From positions 47,927,095 through 47,991,094 of the forward strand of contig NC_090403.1 in the NCBI RefSeq assembly GCF_036365525.1: 64,000 bases of DNA. Direction: 5' to 3'. This DNA comes from Heterodontus francisci (taxonomy: Eukaryota). Of this stretch, positions 50,607-64,000 are shown piece by piece; within the stretch, counting starts at the first letter, position 1; the number at the start of each line of letters is the position of its first letter. The notes beneath the pieces are model-generated. The model saw only the letters and a program-made list of their open reading frames with translations. It was not told the DNA's origin and made no database searches. The position numbers and the translations under genes are program-made.

Positions 50607-50963
50607 GGGTGGCACAGTGGCGCATTGGTTAGCACCGCAGCCTCACAGCTCCAGCAACCCGGGTTCAGTTCTGGGTACTACCTGTGCGGAGTTTGCAAGC
50701 TCTCCCTGTGACCGCGTGGGTTTCCGCCGGGTGCTCCGGTTTCCTCCCACAGCCAAAGACTTGCAGGTTGATGGGTAAATTGGCCATTGTAAATTGCCCC
50801 GAGTGTAGGTAGGTGGCAGGAGAATTGAGGGAAGGTGGGGATGTGGTAGGGAATATGGGATTAATGTAGCATTGATATAAAATGGGTGGTTGATGGTCGT
50901 CACAGACTCGGTGGACCAAAGGGCCTGTTTCAGTGCTGTATCTCTTTGACTCTCTATGACTCT
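50607..50963 (+). mobile_element. tRNA-derived SINE (HE1-like)
   Basis: Same family as 1044-1365, with a short-repeat tail. Confidence 0.85.
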
Positions 50964-51603
50964 ATGCTGCATGGGGAGGGTTTGAGGGGTGAGGAATGTA
51001 CAATTCATTTTCTGGATTATGCGAGAAATGCACTTCTTGTGTTGAAAATATTCCTGTGACCTTATTGAGGAGCCTTAGCAGCCCTGCCCATAACCGCCCC
51101 CCCAGCCCCACCAGGTGATTTCTGCACTTTGTTTTGTTCCTTTATACTTCCTTAGGCCTTGTGCTGACATTTAACTTTTAGTAGGGAGATCAGTGTTTCA
51201 CCATACAGTACCTTCTTGCACTGAGCCATTGGCAAGAACTGGTTCCAGTGTCGTGCAACCACAATCAAATTTCAAATGAAAGTAAGGCTTCATTTAAGGC
51301 CTTGGTTTAGTGGGTAACACCTTCACTGTTGAGTCAGAAGTTTGTGTATTCAACTGCCACTTCAGAAACCTGAGCACGTAATCAAGGCTGACGCTCCTGT
51401 GCAGTACTGAGCGAGTGCTGCACTGTCAGAGGAACTGTTTTTTGGATAAGTTGCTAAACTGGAGGTCCTTTCCACCTTCTCTGGAGGATGTACAAGATCC
51501 CTTGGCGCTATTTCAAAAATAAAGTAGGGGCGTTCTCCCTGGTGTCCTGGTTCTAGTCTGTACTGCCAGGGGAAATGGCCTCTTAGCAAGTGTGTGTATA
51601 GGG

Positions 51604-51848
51604 ATAAAAGCAAAATACTGCGGATGCTGGAAATCTGAAATAAAACCAAGAAATGCTGGAACCACTCAGCAGGTCTGGCAGCATCTGTGAAAAGAGAAGC
51701 AGAGTTAACGTTTCGGGTCAGTGACCCTTCTTCGGAACCGAAGTTCAGTTCTTCAGTTCCGAAGAAGGGTCACCGACCCGAAACGTTAACTCTGCTTCTC
51801 TTTTCACAGATGCTGCCAGGCCTGCTGAGTGGTTCCAGCATTTCTTGT
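51604..51848. mobile_element. Penelope-derived palindromic element
   Basis: About 90-bp near-perfect inverted arms (~51647-51738 and ~51756-51848), almost identical to 10420-10640. Confidence 0.75.
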
Positions 51849-52534
51849 GTATAGGGATGTTGGAAAAGGGCAGAATTCAGCTGGGTTTCACTTCCCCTGC
51901 CTCCCCCCCTCCCCCCCCCCCCCCAATCTCAATGGTTTATTACAATAAAGATAGTCAGCAGGATAAAGACTGTGCCATGGTATAGCAGGCCTACCAGAGT
52001 CTGTGGAACAGTGTCTCAGGAAGGAGTTAATTATTTGAAAAGGGCCTGTGAACTTGTTGCTTTAAGGCTTTTTGGGCTTTACCATCTTGGACATTCTCGT
52101 GAAATGAGGATCAGTAATCTGCCGGAACCTCCCTGTCAAATGTGGTATTGTGCAGCATTTAACCCTAAATAACCTAGTTCTGGATCTCTCAGGGCCGCTG
52201 AGCATGTCAGTTAACATACTTGAAACAAATAAAAGACTCATTTATTTAAGACATCTTTTCGGAAGGATTCCGATAGGTAATTCCCCTTCTTTGGCCCCAC
52301 CACTATATCAAAAATTCTTTGTGGCATTTTTTCAAATCAGCCTTGTGCCAGTTTGAAGTGGAGCTGCAGGTCAGTGTCCTAGATAGTCTGTAATTATGTC
52401 GCAGTAAATGGCTTGTTCATGTAGGTTGGCTGTACTCCAGGGATTTGCTGTGCAATCTACATTCTGCAGCAGAGTTTACAGTAAATATCTACCCGCATAA
52501 AAATTCCTGAATAGGAATTTGCCTCAATGAGCCA

Positions 52535-52930
52535 GTGCCACTCCAGAGACTTGAGTACATAATTCAGGTTGACACTCCCCTGTGCATCATTGAGGAGGTG
52601 CAGCAATGTAGGAAGTGTATTCTTTCGGACAAGTTGTTTAAACTGAGGCCCCGTCCACCCTATTGGGCAGACGTAAAAGGTCCCATAGCACTATTTTGGA
52701 GAGAGAACTCCATGATGTCCAGGCCACTATTTATTTATCCTTCAACCAATGCTGACAACAGATTTTCTGGCTGTTTTCACATTGCTATTTGTGGAATCTT
52801 ACTGTGCACAACATGGCTGCCGTGCTTCCTGTTACAACAGTGCGACACTTCAAAAGTACATCATCGACTGTAAAGCGCTTTGGGGCATCCTGAGCTCATG
52901 AAAGGCGCTATATAATGCAAGTTATTTTCT
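52535..52930 (+). mobile_element. Deu-domain SINE
   Basis: GTAAAAGGTCCCATAGCACTATTT core and an L2-type tail GAAAGGCGCTATATAATGCAAG. Confidence 0.75.
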
Positions 52931-55900
52931 TTTCCCTGTTATAGACCACTCCCACCCACTCACCACCTCCCTCAATCCCTTTGTCTGTGCAGGATGTTGG
53001 ATATCCTCCTGGGAAAGCAGACACGTTTTGCATGCAGCTCAGGTCAGTTTAAAGCACCTACTTTCTCTCCCCTTCCTGTCACCACATCAAAGGACACACC
53101 AGCTATAAGACTTGACGAGGATCAAAGCTCCTGCTCTATTGAATTCCTGTGAGTGATCTGTACTTCGTTGGTATCTTTCCATGAAAACAATTGGGGGAAC
53201 TTGCAAGTATATCTGAAGACCCTTTGTGGCTTGTTTGTTTGGTTTTTGTGCATTTGTGAACAACAGGGAACATTTCTTTGTAGTAATTTCCCCTCAAAGC
53301 CCAGTTCTGCAGAACCTGTAGCATCCCCTGCATCAGCTGCTGTAAGAAATTGGGACAGACAGAGTGAATTACTAACTGGAGCATGTAACGGGGAAGAGGA
53401 AAATCTCCCCTGGCCACCACCTTTTGAAAATTAGAGTAGCATTTAAATCCCAGTCAAAGGAATTGGAGGGTTATGAAACTGTTTCCATTGGCGAGAGGGT
53501 CTGTAACCAGCGAACACTTATTTAAGGTAATTGGCAAAAGAACCAGAGGGGAGATTAAAGATTTGTTATGAATTGGAATACACTGCTTGAAAGCATGGTG
53601 GAAGAAGATTCAATAGTAACTATCAAAGGGAACTGGATTCATACTTGGATTTTTTTTTTGCAGGTGTGTGGGGAAAAGGAGTGGGATTAATTGGATAGCA
53701 TTTTCCAAAAGCTGGCACAGGCATGATGGGCTGAATGGCCTCCTTCTGTGTTGTATGATGCTATGATTTTCTATTATCTTTACCTGATAAAAGTAGGATT
53801 GCGTTTGGCTGCAGTAGCATAGACAGCATTTACTGTCCACTTTTGTTCATGAGTAGTGGCCATGTGTGCTGTGCATGTGGGATACTGTTTCCAGAGTGAT
53901 AAAACCTCCTAAGGCACTTGAGAGAAACCAATGTCGAGCCAAAGAAGGAAGTCAGAAGGGAATATTTTCAAAGAAACTTAGTCAAGGGGAGGTTTTTATT
54001 TTACAAAAGGTCTTGCGGTGGGGAGGTTTATGGAGGGATTGACAGAGTGTGACTCCAGTGGCTGCAGACACGATTACGAACAGTGGGGGGTGGAGAGAGT
54101 GAGGTTTACAAGAAGCTGCAACCAGAGGGTTTGGGACAGGAGGGTTATTACAATGGAGGAGGTTACAGAAATAGAGAATGGCAAGGCCATGGAGGGATTT
54201 ACACAATCAGGATGAGACTTTTCAATTGGAGATATTTGAAATGTGATGTCTCATTTAAAATTTAGAGGGGTGAGAGGAAAAGGACAACAGAGAATGTAAT
54301 CTTAGTAGTTATGCCAGTACTCTTGGAGGGTGAGCCCGAGTTGTACCTGACTTGTGTACTGTACTGTTGGTGACTGATCTGTGTAAGCTTCTGGAAATGG
54401 TATCAGTGATGGAATTGCTCTTAAGTTGCAGTTCTGTTTGCCAGTCTGCTCCATTGTGTAACTGTCATTCAACACTACCCAAGACCCCACAGGTAATTTG
54501 CTTAAGTCCAGTGTTCTCTTACTGCACTGTGGTGTACCTTACTTTAAAACAGAGCCCCGGGATATAGAATGGAACCGGAGAAACTGAACTTTACAGTTAG
54601 CCTTTGATAACATTTTGTGCATTTCAGCTCTTTCCCTCCTGACTCAGACAATACAAAACCAGAGTTCCTGCTTGATATTTTTTGTAATGGGATGCTTGAA
54701 ATTCCAGAACTGATGATTGCATTTCAAGACTGGTGTTCCTTAGTAGCGACCTTGTCGGTTTTATATACTGTGCTGACGTATTTATTTCATTTAACGCATG
54801 CTCTCTCTTTTCCCACCCCCCGGTCCCCTTGCTTTCTCACTTTCGCCCGTTGCTCTCCTGCCCTCTTTTTTTTTTCTCTTCCCTATCCCACCACCACCCT
54901 CCCCCTGCCCAACACCATCTCTCATGATACATCCCTGGTATAGTCAAGCCGTGGATCAACAAAACGTTCATTTTGAGTGTGTTGGCAGGTGTGCATCTTT
55001 GTTGTGCCATATTGTGTCACAGGGAGGGGAAATCAGCGAGCTGGAGTTTCAGTTTGGGTATCAGTCCAGTCTAAAAAGGCACTGCGGTAGTAAATTGGAG
55101 AGCATGTAGAAACATGCTGTTGGCATGAGTGGCTAATTTCCCACCCTTCTGTAAATGTTATATGGTGTTGTGCCATGTACTGAAAGATAATGAGAAAAAG
55201 AACTCCTGTTGTATTACCTGGGGACTCTGAGGACAGTTGCAGGTACTGTATCCCTGCGCTACAGACAGCCTCTCCACCGTATCTGTAAATAAACAACAGG
55301 CTGTTATTTTACAAGTCGCTGCTAGATATCTGCTGTTAACCTTGGTTGTTGCTCCAGCTTTGGCTTCAAGGCTAAGTAATCTTAGACTAAATGATTCCCA
55401 TGTCTTGTTTCTTTGCTTTTCTCAAAACAAGAAGTGCTGGCTGAGAATAAGCCTCTTCCTTAGCGTTCCCTCTCCCGGCTGTCTGCTCAAACTGAATCCA
55501 GCAATGGCCAACTTCAGCGTCCTAAATAGATTTTCGTGAAGCAAGGGTTACTGAAGCAAGGCGGCTAGATGGAGTTAAGATACAGAGCAATTAGTTGTCT
55601 AATTGAATGGTGGAGCAGGCTGGAGGGGCTGAGTAACTTCAGTCCTGACATTCTGTTACATACTAAGTTGCACTCACCATCACCGCAATTCTTGTCAGCC
55701 TCCACTGATTCTCCATTCGATTGATTTCTAAAGGCTCTTTGTTCTAACTTCATCCTACCTCAGCCATCAGGTCCATTCTGTTGATTTTAGTTCCCCCAGC
55801 TCCCGGGTTTGGATCAGTCCCCACCACCCCCATCAATGCCGGAATCTTCACCTGTTGCAGATCTGCACTCTGGTGCCCTCTTCCTAAACCCCTCTTGCAT

Positions 55901-56294
55901 CCACATTCCTTCGATCAGCTTGCCAAGCTCTCTCATTGTGCTCACTAATTAATCCCTTTTATGAAGCAGTTTGAGATGTTGTGCTTTATGAGGCCGTGTT
56001 AGTTGTTTAGCTCCACTGAAGCCATTGCCCACTGGATTATATAAAATATTTAAATTTTTTTTAAAAAATGACTAATATTGTAGACTGTCACTGAGTAATA
56101 TATAATTATTTCGTATGTCTGATTTTAAAATGTCAGATTTTCTTGGCTTGCCCCCAGTGGTTTAGTGCTTAAAGGAACAGTGAATTGAAGTGCAAAGCTA
56201 TGCAGACAGAGTCTCTCATTTGATCCCTGGTCTGTGCTAAGTGAGTTGATCACTTTTGGGGGATTAGGTGGGTTCTACAATTTTGTTTTTTAAA

Positions 56295-56645
56295 TATATT
56301 TTTCTTGGAATGTCAGTGTCGCTGGCAAGGCCAGCATTTATTGCCCACCCCTAATTTCCCTTGAACTGAGTGGCTTGCTAGACTATTCAGAGGGCAGTTA
56401 AGAGTCAATCACATTGCTGTGGGTCGGAATTCAAATAGGTCCAACCAGGTAAGGATGCTAGTGAGCCAACAATCTTGTAGTTTCACGATTATTAATTAGA
56501 CTAGCATTTCATTGGAGATTTATTAATTGATTCATTTTAAATTCCCACAGCCGCCATGGTGGGATTTGAACTCATTGTTTCCAGAGCATTAGTCCAGGGC
56601 TCTGGATTACTAGCCCTGTAACATAACCACTATACTACCGTCTCC
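56295..56645 (-). mobile_element. Diverged tRNA-headed SINE (28378 family)
   Basis: Head, body and tail similarity to 15950-16335. Confidence 0.7.
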
Positions 56646-57559
56646 TTGGTGAACTATGGCAGGTGAATGTTTCATACCCCTGATGACTACTGCAAAGGGT
56701 GTTGTGTGGAGATTGAATGTGGGCAAGATAGGCTCAGCTGTGATGGTTTTAACAGTTGAATAGCCAGCCATTGTTATCTTGGTTAACTCAGGCCAGCTGG
56801 TCTTTTCCTGTTCGACATTGTCACATGATCGTATGAAGAACGGGTGGCGTATTGTTGGAGGGCTGTAGCTGCATGAGGATCTGCACTCGAGCAAGGGTTG
56901 GTCCCTTCAGGCAAGCCGAGGAGATAGTGGGGGGCAACTCGGGGTAATGATCAGAGGCAGGGCCTGAAACACACCCGCTTTAGTTAAATAGACAGAAGGT
57001 GCTCTACAGAGAAGTAATTTACAAGGGGAAGATTCCACCAAACTAAACAAAGGGCATGGGGTGAAGGAGAGGGGCCTCAGACCTCTCACAGATGCTGCCT
57101 CAGTTAAAATGAGAAGAGACGGAGAATGTGCATCAAACCTCTTTATAAACCCAGTGCAAGATTGGGTTCCAAATGTCTTTCAGTGGGCAGTCATTATCTC
57201 TCTTCAATGATTCATTTATTTATTCCACAGGTTCCAGTGAGGCTCTGACCTGTAATTTTGCACCAGTGCTATTAACTGACTCAGTTCCCATTAGGTGTTT
57301 GATAATTGACGAATCCGACAGCAGAACTTTCCAATTTTTTTTTGATTTATGTCCAATGTATAGCACAGAAACAGGTCCATGCCTGTGTTTATGAACTACG
57401 CGAGCCTCCTCCCACCTTACTACTGCTCTCCCCATCAGCATATCCTTCTATTCCTTTCTACCTTGCATACTTGTATTTTTTATATTTCTCTTATATTTGG
57501 AATCAAATGTACTGTTGCAGTTTACACTGTGCTTTATAGTTCTGATAAGTATCGTTCTG

Positions 57560-58730
57560 GTGAAGGTCCCATATGGCAGACTTTCAAAAAAAAAAAAAAA
57601 TCCCATGCAATCCAGGGAAATGCACCAAGGTGGATACAAAATTGGCTCAGTGGCAGGAAACAAAGGGTAATCGTTGACGGCTGTTTTTAGCAATTGGAGG
57701 GCTGTTTCCAGTAGCGTTCACAAGGGCTCAGTACTGGGTCCCCTGCTTTTTGTGGTGTATATTAATGATTTGGAAATAAATGTAGGGGGCATGATCAAGA
57801 AGTTTGCGGACGACATAAAGATTGGCCGTGTGTTAGATAGCGAAGAGGATAGCTGTAGGCTGCAAGAAGATATTGATAGTCTGGTCAGATGGGCAGAAAT
57901 GTGGCAAATGGAATTCAAACCCGGAGAAGTGCGAGGTGATGCATTTGGGGAGGTCAAACAACGAAAAGGAATACATGATTAATGGGAAAATACTGAGAAG
58001 TGTAGAGGAAGTGAGGGACCTTGGAGTGAATGTCCACAGATCCCTGAAGGTAGCAGGACCGGTTGATTTAAGATGGTTAAGAAGGCATATGGAATCCTTT
58101 CCTTTATTAGCCAAGGTATAGAATACAAGAGCAGGGAGCTTATGCTGGAACTGTATAATTCATTGGTTAGGCCACAATTTGAATACTGTGTGCAGTTCTG
58201 GTCACCTCATTTAGTGCAATTACATCCTTTCTGTAGAGAGGGTACAGAGGAGATGTACGAGGATGTTGCCAGGACTAGAAAATTGCAGTCACGAGGAAAG
58301 ACTGGATGGGCTGTGGTTGTTCTCCTTGGAACAGAGAAGGCTGAGGGGAGATCTGATTGAAATGTACAAAAATTTTGAGGGACCTGGATAGAGTGGAGGT
58401 GAAGGGTCTATTCACCGTGGCAGAGAGGTCAGTGACGAGGGGGCATAGATTTAAAGTGATTGGTAGAAATATTAGAGGGGAGATGAGGAAAAACCTTTTC
58501 ACCCAGAGGGTGGTGGGGGTCTGGAACTCACTGCCTGAAAGGGTAGTTGAGGCAGAAATCCTTAACTCATTCTAAAGGAGTCTGGATATGCACCTCAAGT
58601 GCCGTAATCTGCAGGGCTACGGACCAAATGCTGGAAGGTGGGATTAGAATAGGTGGATCGTTTTTTGGCCGGCACAGAGATGATGGGCCAAGTGGCCTCT
58701 TCCTGTGCCTTAAATTTTCTATGATTCTCT
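57560..58730 (+). mobile_element. CR1 LINE 3' portion
   Basis: WIQNWLSGRKQRV, GSVLGPLLF, KFADD, VRPQFEYCVQFWSPH. Confidence 0.9.
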
Positions 58731-58744
58731 GAGTATAGTTCTGA

Positions 58745-59125
58745 TGAAGGAAATATAGTGGTCATTTTACTGAGCTAGTAATCCATAGGCCTGGACTAAT
58801 GATTCAGAGACAGGAGTTCAAATCCCACCATGGCAACTGGGGGAATTTAAATTTGGTTAATTAAATAAATCTGGAACGTAAAGCTAATGTCCATGACCAT
58901 GTAACGACTGAATTGTCGGGAAAAACCCATCTGGTTCACTAATGACCTTTTGGGGAAGAAAGTCTACCTTCCTTAGCTGACCAATATGTGATTTCACAGC
59001 AATGTGGTTGACCCTTAACTGCCCTCTGAAATGGCCTAGCAAGTTATTCAGTTAAAGGCAGTTCACGGTGGACAATAAATGCTGGCCTTACCTGAAATGC
59101 CTGCATCCTGTGAATGAATAATAAA
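58745..59125 (+). mobile_element. Diverged tRNA-headed SINE (28378 family)
   Basis: GAGTTCAAATCCCACC head, shared body, and GAATGAATAA tail. Confidence 0.75.
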
Positions 59126-60216
59126 AATGGTCTTTTCTAACTAGCCCAAATGACCACATTATATAAGGATGAGCTGTCCAAAGCAGTGGTACAGTTCGAA
59201 CAACTTTAGTAGATAGAATGTGAACATCAGAAACAAAATCCATCTTTCTATTTGCCTCAACTACTCCTGTGATGGCAAGTTTCTCATTCTTACCACTCTC
59301 TGGGTAAAGAGGTTTTTCCTGAATTTCTTGTTGGATTTATTCGTGGCCATCATACGTCTATGACCTCTAGATTTGGACAAATTCAATGGGCCAATAATTT
59401 GACAGAGTTATCGGTAATAAAATGTAAATGGACCTCTCTCGCCATGTATAATAAGCCATCAAAGTCAAGATCCCAGCTTCAATTCTTGGTTACTGCTGAA
59501 TTAGCTGGTCTTAACCGGGGCAGCAATGGGGGCCTGCGCTACGGAGTTGGGGTGGAAATTGTGCCAGAGTTCCTGCTCCTAACTGTACATATGTGAATGT
59601 TGGTTTGTCTCTAGTTCCCTGTTTGGAGATCTGTTCCACAGTGACCACCCTTTGCTTGACGAACACCCATTCCTAAATTTACTCTTCAACAACAACAACT
59701 TGCATTCCAATAGTGTCTTCAATGTAGAAAAATATCTCATGGCACTTCACAGAGATGTAATCAGACAAGAAATGGACGCTGAGCCAAAGAATGAGATATT
59801 AGAAAGAAGAGGAAGAGGTGGGTTTTAATAAAAGTCTTAAAGGAGTGGGGGGCAAGAAGAGGTGGAGCAGTTTAGGGGGAAATGCCGGAAAGTTGTGCCT
59901 GGATGGCCAAATGCGTAGCCACCATTGTGGCGAGGAGGAGGAATGCACGAGGCCAGTTGGAGGAGCGAAGAGTGGAGGGTTTGAATGGATGTAGGAGATT
60001 AAAGATGGTGATGAGGCCATAAGGAAATTTCAAGACGAGGATGAACATTTAACTTGAGGTGGTGAGGGACCAAGAGCCAGTGTTGGTTGGTCAGCAAGGA
60101 CATGTGCGATGGATGGGTGGGATGTTGTGTGGGATAAGTCAGCGGAGTTTTGTTTATTCTTTCATGGGATGTGGGCATCGCCAGTAAGTCCAGCATTTCT
60201 TCCCCGTCCCTGGTTT

Positions 60217-60551
60217 TAGAGTCATAGAGAGATACAACACTGAAACAGCCCCTTTGGCCCACCGAGTCTGTGCTGACCATCAACCACCCATTTATACTAA
60301 TCTTACATTAATCCCATATTCCCTACCACATCCCCACCTTCCCTCAATTCTCCTACCATCTACCTACACTAGGGGCAATTTACAATGGCCAATTTACCTA
60401 TCAACCTGCAACTCTTTGGCTGTGGGAGGAAACCGGAGCACACGGCGGAAACCCACGCGGTCACAGGGAGAACCTGAAAAGTCTGCACAGGCGGCACCCA
60501 GAACCGAACCTGGGTCGCTGGAGTTGTGAGGCTGCGGTGCTAACCACTGCA
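60217..60551 (-). mobile_element. tRNA-derived SINE (HE1-like) nested in an L2-like fragment
   Basis: Reverse complement of the 1044 family. Confidence 0.85.
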
Positions 60552-61077
60552 CTTTTGGATAAGCTTAAGTTCTCTTGAGTGTGGAGGATGGGACGCTGGC
60601 CGGGAGAGCATTGGAATAGTCAAGTCTGGAGGTTAAAAAGGCGTGAATGAGGGTTTCATTAGCATTTGGGCCAAGGCTAAGTGGATGATCTTAGTGACAA
60701 AGAAATCTGAGGTATTTTTTTTGCATTGTCCTTGTGTCTCGACTGGGTTAAAATGCAGTCAGCCTGCAGTATTTCTGAACAGTACCTTCTGATTGGCAAA
60801 CAACCTTTTTGAGCTTGTGGTAGACCTACCCATAAGGCTCAGCTTCCAGACTTTCACCCTCTTCAACTGATACCTTAAACTTCTGCTGTGAGTTGCTGTT
60901 AAAATGCCTCTTGTACCACACCCAAATAAAACTATGTTGTGGCTTTTTTTTAAAGGAAACACAAAACTAGCCACATATTGCAGGCTAGAATGTCACAGAA
61001 GACTGAATTTTTTTTCTGTAGTCATTAATCCTTTGTATACCTGACAGCTTGCAAGTTACATACAATTGAAATGGAGA

Positions 61078-61403
61078 GGGTGGCGCAGTGGTTAGCACCG
61101 CAGCCTCACAGCTCCAGCGGCCCGGGTTCAATTCTGGGTACTGCCTGTGCGGAGTTTGTAAGTTCTCCCTGTGACTGCGTGGGTTTTCTCCGGGTGCTCC
61201 AGTTTCCTCCCACAGCTAAAGACTTGCAGGTTGATGGGTAAATTGCCCCTGGTGTAGGTAGGTGGTAGGGGAATTGAGGGAAGGTGGGGATGTGGTAGGA
61301 ATGTGGGATTAATGTAGGATTAGTATAAATTGGTGCTTGATGGTCAGCACAGACTCGTTGGGCCGAAGGGCCTGTTTCAGTGCTGTCTCTTTAAATAAAT
61401 AAA
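61078..61403 (+). mobile_element. tRNA-derived SINE (HE1-like)
   Basis: A and B boxes, (TAAA)n tail. Confidence 0.85.
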
Positions 61404-62589
61404 CCCAAGAGAGATGATTGAACAGCCATAATTTGTGTTCTGTCCATTTGTGCTCTCACAATGAATGTCACTTGAAAGATTTGCAAACCTGACTGGACTT
61501 GGTTTAAGTCAGCTCGCATTTTTTTTTTAAAACGTCAATCCCCACGTACCAAACATCTCTCTTCCCTACTCGGCCCTCTCCAGCTTCCTACCAGAGGCAA
61601 GGAACCCAGACACCTGTACCAATTTACGAGTCCTTTGTTTTTCCTTAACCCCATCCTACACACGAGAGACTAGGCAAGTCCCAGGAGGTCCTCGATCCAT
61701 GCATTATTTTCTAGAATGATTTTGTGTTGCAATCCATATGTTGGGACTGCCTCCTTTTCCTGAACTCCATCTAATTGTATGCAAAGGACTGAAAGAAGTC
61801 TGTCTCTGCCTTCACCAGAACCCTGTTGTACTGGTCAATCACCATCTGGTGAAAGTATGTAATTAACAATTAAACTCAATTACTCCTAAACTAGCTATTT
61901 CAACAACAACAACTTGTATTTACATAGTGGCTTTAATGTAGTCCCAAGGCACATCACAGGAGTGTTGTCAAAGAAAAGAATTGACACTGAGATGCAGCGA
62001 TATTCAAACATGTGACCAAAGATGAGCGATTTAAGGAGAGTCTTAAAGGAGGAAAAAGAGGTAGAGAGGTTTAGTGGCGGAATTCCAGAGCTTAGGATCT
62101 AGGCACAGCTACCAACGGTGGAGTGATTAAAATCAGGGATGAGCAAGAGGTCATGATGGGAGGAGTATAGAGATCTCAATGTTATAGGGCTGGAGGAGGT
62201 TATAGCGATGAGGAGGGATGAGGCCATAGAGGGATTTAATATCGAGGGTAAGAATTTTAAAATCTATCTATGTCTTTAAATAGAAAGAAGTGTTAAAGCC
62301 ATGTTAGTTAGAGCCCTGAGCCAACTCCCTACTCTTTGACTAATGCCATGTGATCTCTTGCATTCCCCTGAAGAGGTCTCGTGATTGTCGTCTCCTGAGA
62401 AGACAAGACTTGAAAACTTAACATTCCCTCAGGCTTGCACTGAAGTCTCGGCCTGGATTGTGTGCTCAGCCCTGGGGGTGGGTGGGTGGGGGAGCTTAAA
62501 TGACCCCACCACCCACAACCTGACTCTTGAGATGAGTGTGCTACCAGCTGACCTGAGCTAAATGTTGATGTTCGGAGAGACTTGGCTGT

Positions 62590-63255
62590 GCATGTACGGA
62601 GACCACAAAGTTAGCATTCAGGTACAGCAAGCAATTAGGAAGGCAAATAGCCTGTTGGCCTTTTTTGTAAGAGGATTGGAGTACAAAAATAAAGAAGTCT
62701 TGCTACAATTGTACGGGGCTTTGGTGAGGCCACACCTGGAGTACTGTGTGCAGTTTGGTTCTTCATATCTAAAGAAAGATATACTCTCCTTGGAGGCGGT
62801 GCTGCAAATGTTAACTAGATTGCTTTCTGAGATGAGAGACTGAGTAAATTGGGCCTATACTCTGCACTTTAGAAGAATGAAAGGTGACCTTTTTGAAACA
62901 TACAGGATTCTGAAGGGTTTTCACAGGGTAGACACTGAGAGGTTGTTTGCCCTGGCTGGGGAATCTAGAAAATAGAAGCGCAGTCTTAGAATCAAAGGCC
63001 AATCATTCAGGAGTGAGATGAGGAGAAACTCCATCACTCAAAGAGTTGTGAATCTTTGGATCCTCCTACCCCAGAGGGTTGTGGATGCTCCATCGTTAAA
63101 TATATTTAAGGCTGAGATGGCCAGACATTTGGTCTCGGAATCAAAGGATATAAGGAGCAGGTGGGAAAGTGGACCTGAGGGAGAAGATCAGCCGTGATTG
63201 TATTGAATGCCGGAGGAGGCTTGAGGCGCCGAATGGTCTATTCCTCCTATTTCTT
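62590..63255 (+). mobile_element. CR1 LINE 3' fragment
   Basis: QVQQAIRKAN..LVRPHLEYCVQF motifs. Confidence 0.85.
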
Positions 63256-64000
63256 AGGTGAAGCTGATGTAATTGGTTCCTCCTTTTTCTCCTACTGATG
63301 AAGGTTTCTTGGATCTTCTGCTCCCACCCACCACGAGAAAGAGTTTGAGCCTGTAATATAATATCATTATTAGTTATTACGGACTCTGAACTCCTGTCCA
63401 GAGGGTGGTTCACAAGACTTTATAAAAAAAAACGCTTCCACTTCTAAGTTGCGCTGCTATGTAGTACGGGGCAGCCCAGTGAACATTTTAGCAGTGGACT
63501 TTGGCAAAGTGAGTAGCCAATATCCATACTGTGTAATCATGACCACTCAGTCATTAGAGCTGGTACCCCTCTGACTAGTTTCTGTTCATCTTCATAGCTG
63601 TTCTTAGATTGACTGACTGAGGTTGGTGGCAGCTGCCTGTTTTGGGTTAGTACCCTGTGATTTCTGCTGAGGAGTGCACCTATATGGAGCATGGTTGAAG
63701 ATGGGATTGGGTTAGCATGATGCCCACAGTGGTTGAGCAGCTTGCTGACGTTCCTCACCTAGGTTGTTGCAGGAAAAAGGGCCATCGGGTCATAGTACTG
63801 ATAGAGTCTCTGCTTTCAGAAGACAAGATGAGACAATTAATTGTTGGCAAAAACAAGATTTTATATTTAGGCTAAATTGCCGATGCCATACTTTGTGGCT
63901 CCTTGTCATTCACTTCAGCAGGAATTTGTTTAATCAGACACCAGTGCAGATACGTATTGTACAAATGAGAGACTGAAATACAAAGGGTTGTTCTGGTGAC

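Noticed and set aside
52993-53042. Possible 50-nt exon (tgtgcAG...CAG|GTCAGT) of the gene downstream of the 44-kb promoter
   Set aside because: Splice-like signals only, with no recognisable protein similarity; it could be a UTR exon but is unsupported.
44300-64000. OSBPL7 coding exons and the many short ORFs in the track
   Set aside because: No PH-domain motif (KKRKWPLKGWHKR) was seen; the ORFs are repeat-derived or random-length frames.

Overview
Repeat-rich vertebrate genomic DNA, most likely a shark or other cartilaginous fish (inferred from the SINE/LINE families; not verified). Two host genes can be built from splice sites. The first is the first three exons of a G-CSF (CSF3)-like cytokine on the minus strand (3602..4, running off the left edge). 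The second is a complete five-exon MRPL10 on the plus strand (24638..35119, 259 aa). A third promoter at about 43.9-44.1 kb carries a ~30-bp-periodic CCAAT array; no coding exon for it was found. The stand-out element is a decayed 3.2-kb non-autonomous Gypsy-type LTR retrotransposon (6228..9448). In it, gag and protease run directly into a captured Myc C-terminus (Myc box IV plus bHLH-leucine zipper) in place of RT/RNase H/integrase, which parallels gag-myc transducing retroviruses. The rest is SINEs, CR1/L2/RTE LINE fragments, a tRNA-headed LINE with deletion derivatives, Penelope-derived palindromes with hammerhead-like cores, and Harbinger and hAT DNA elements. Family assignments rest on remembered motifs, and repeat boundaries are approximate.
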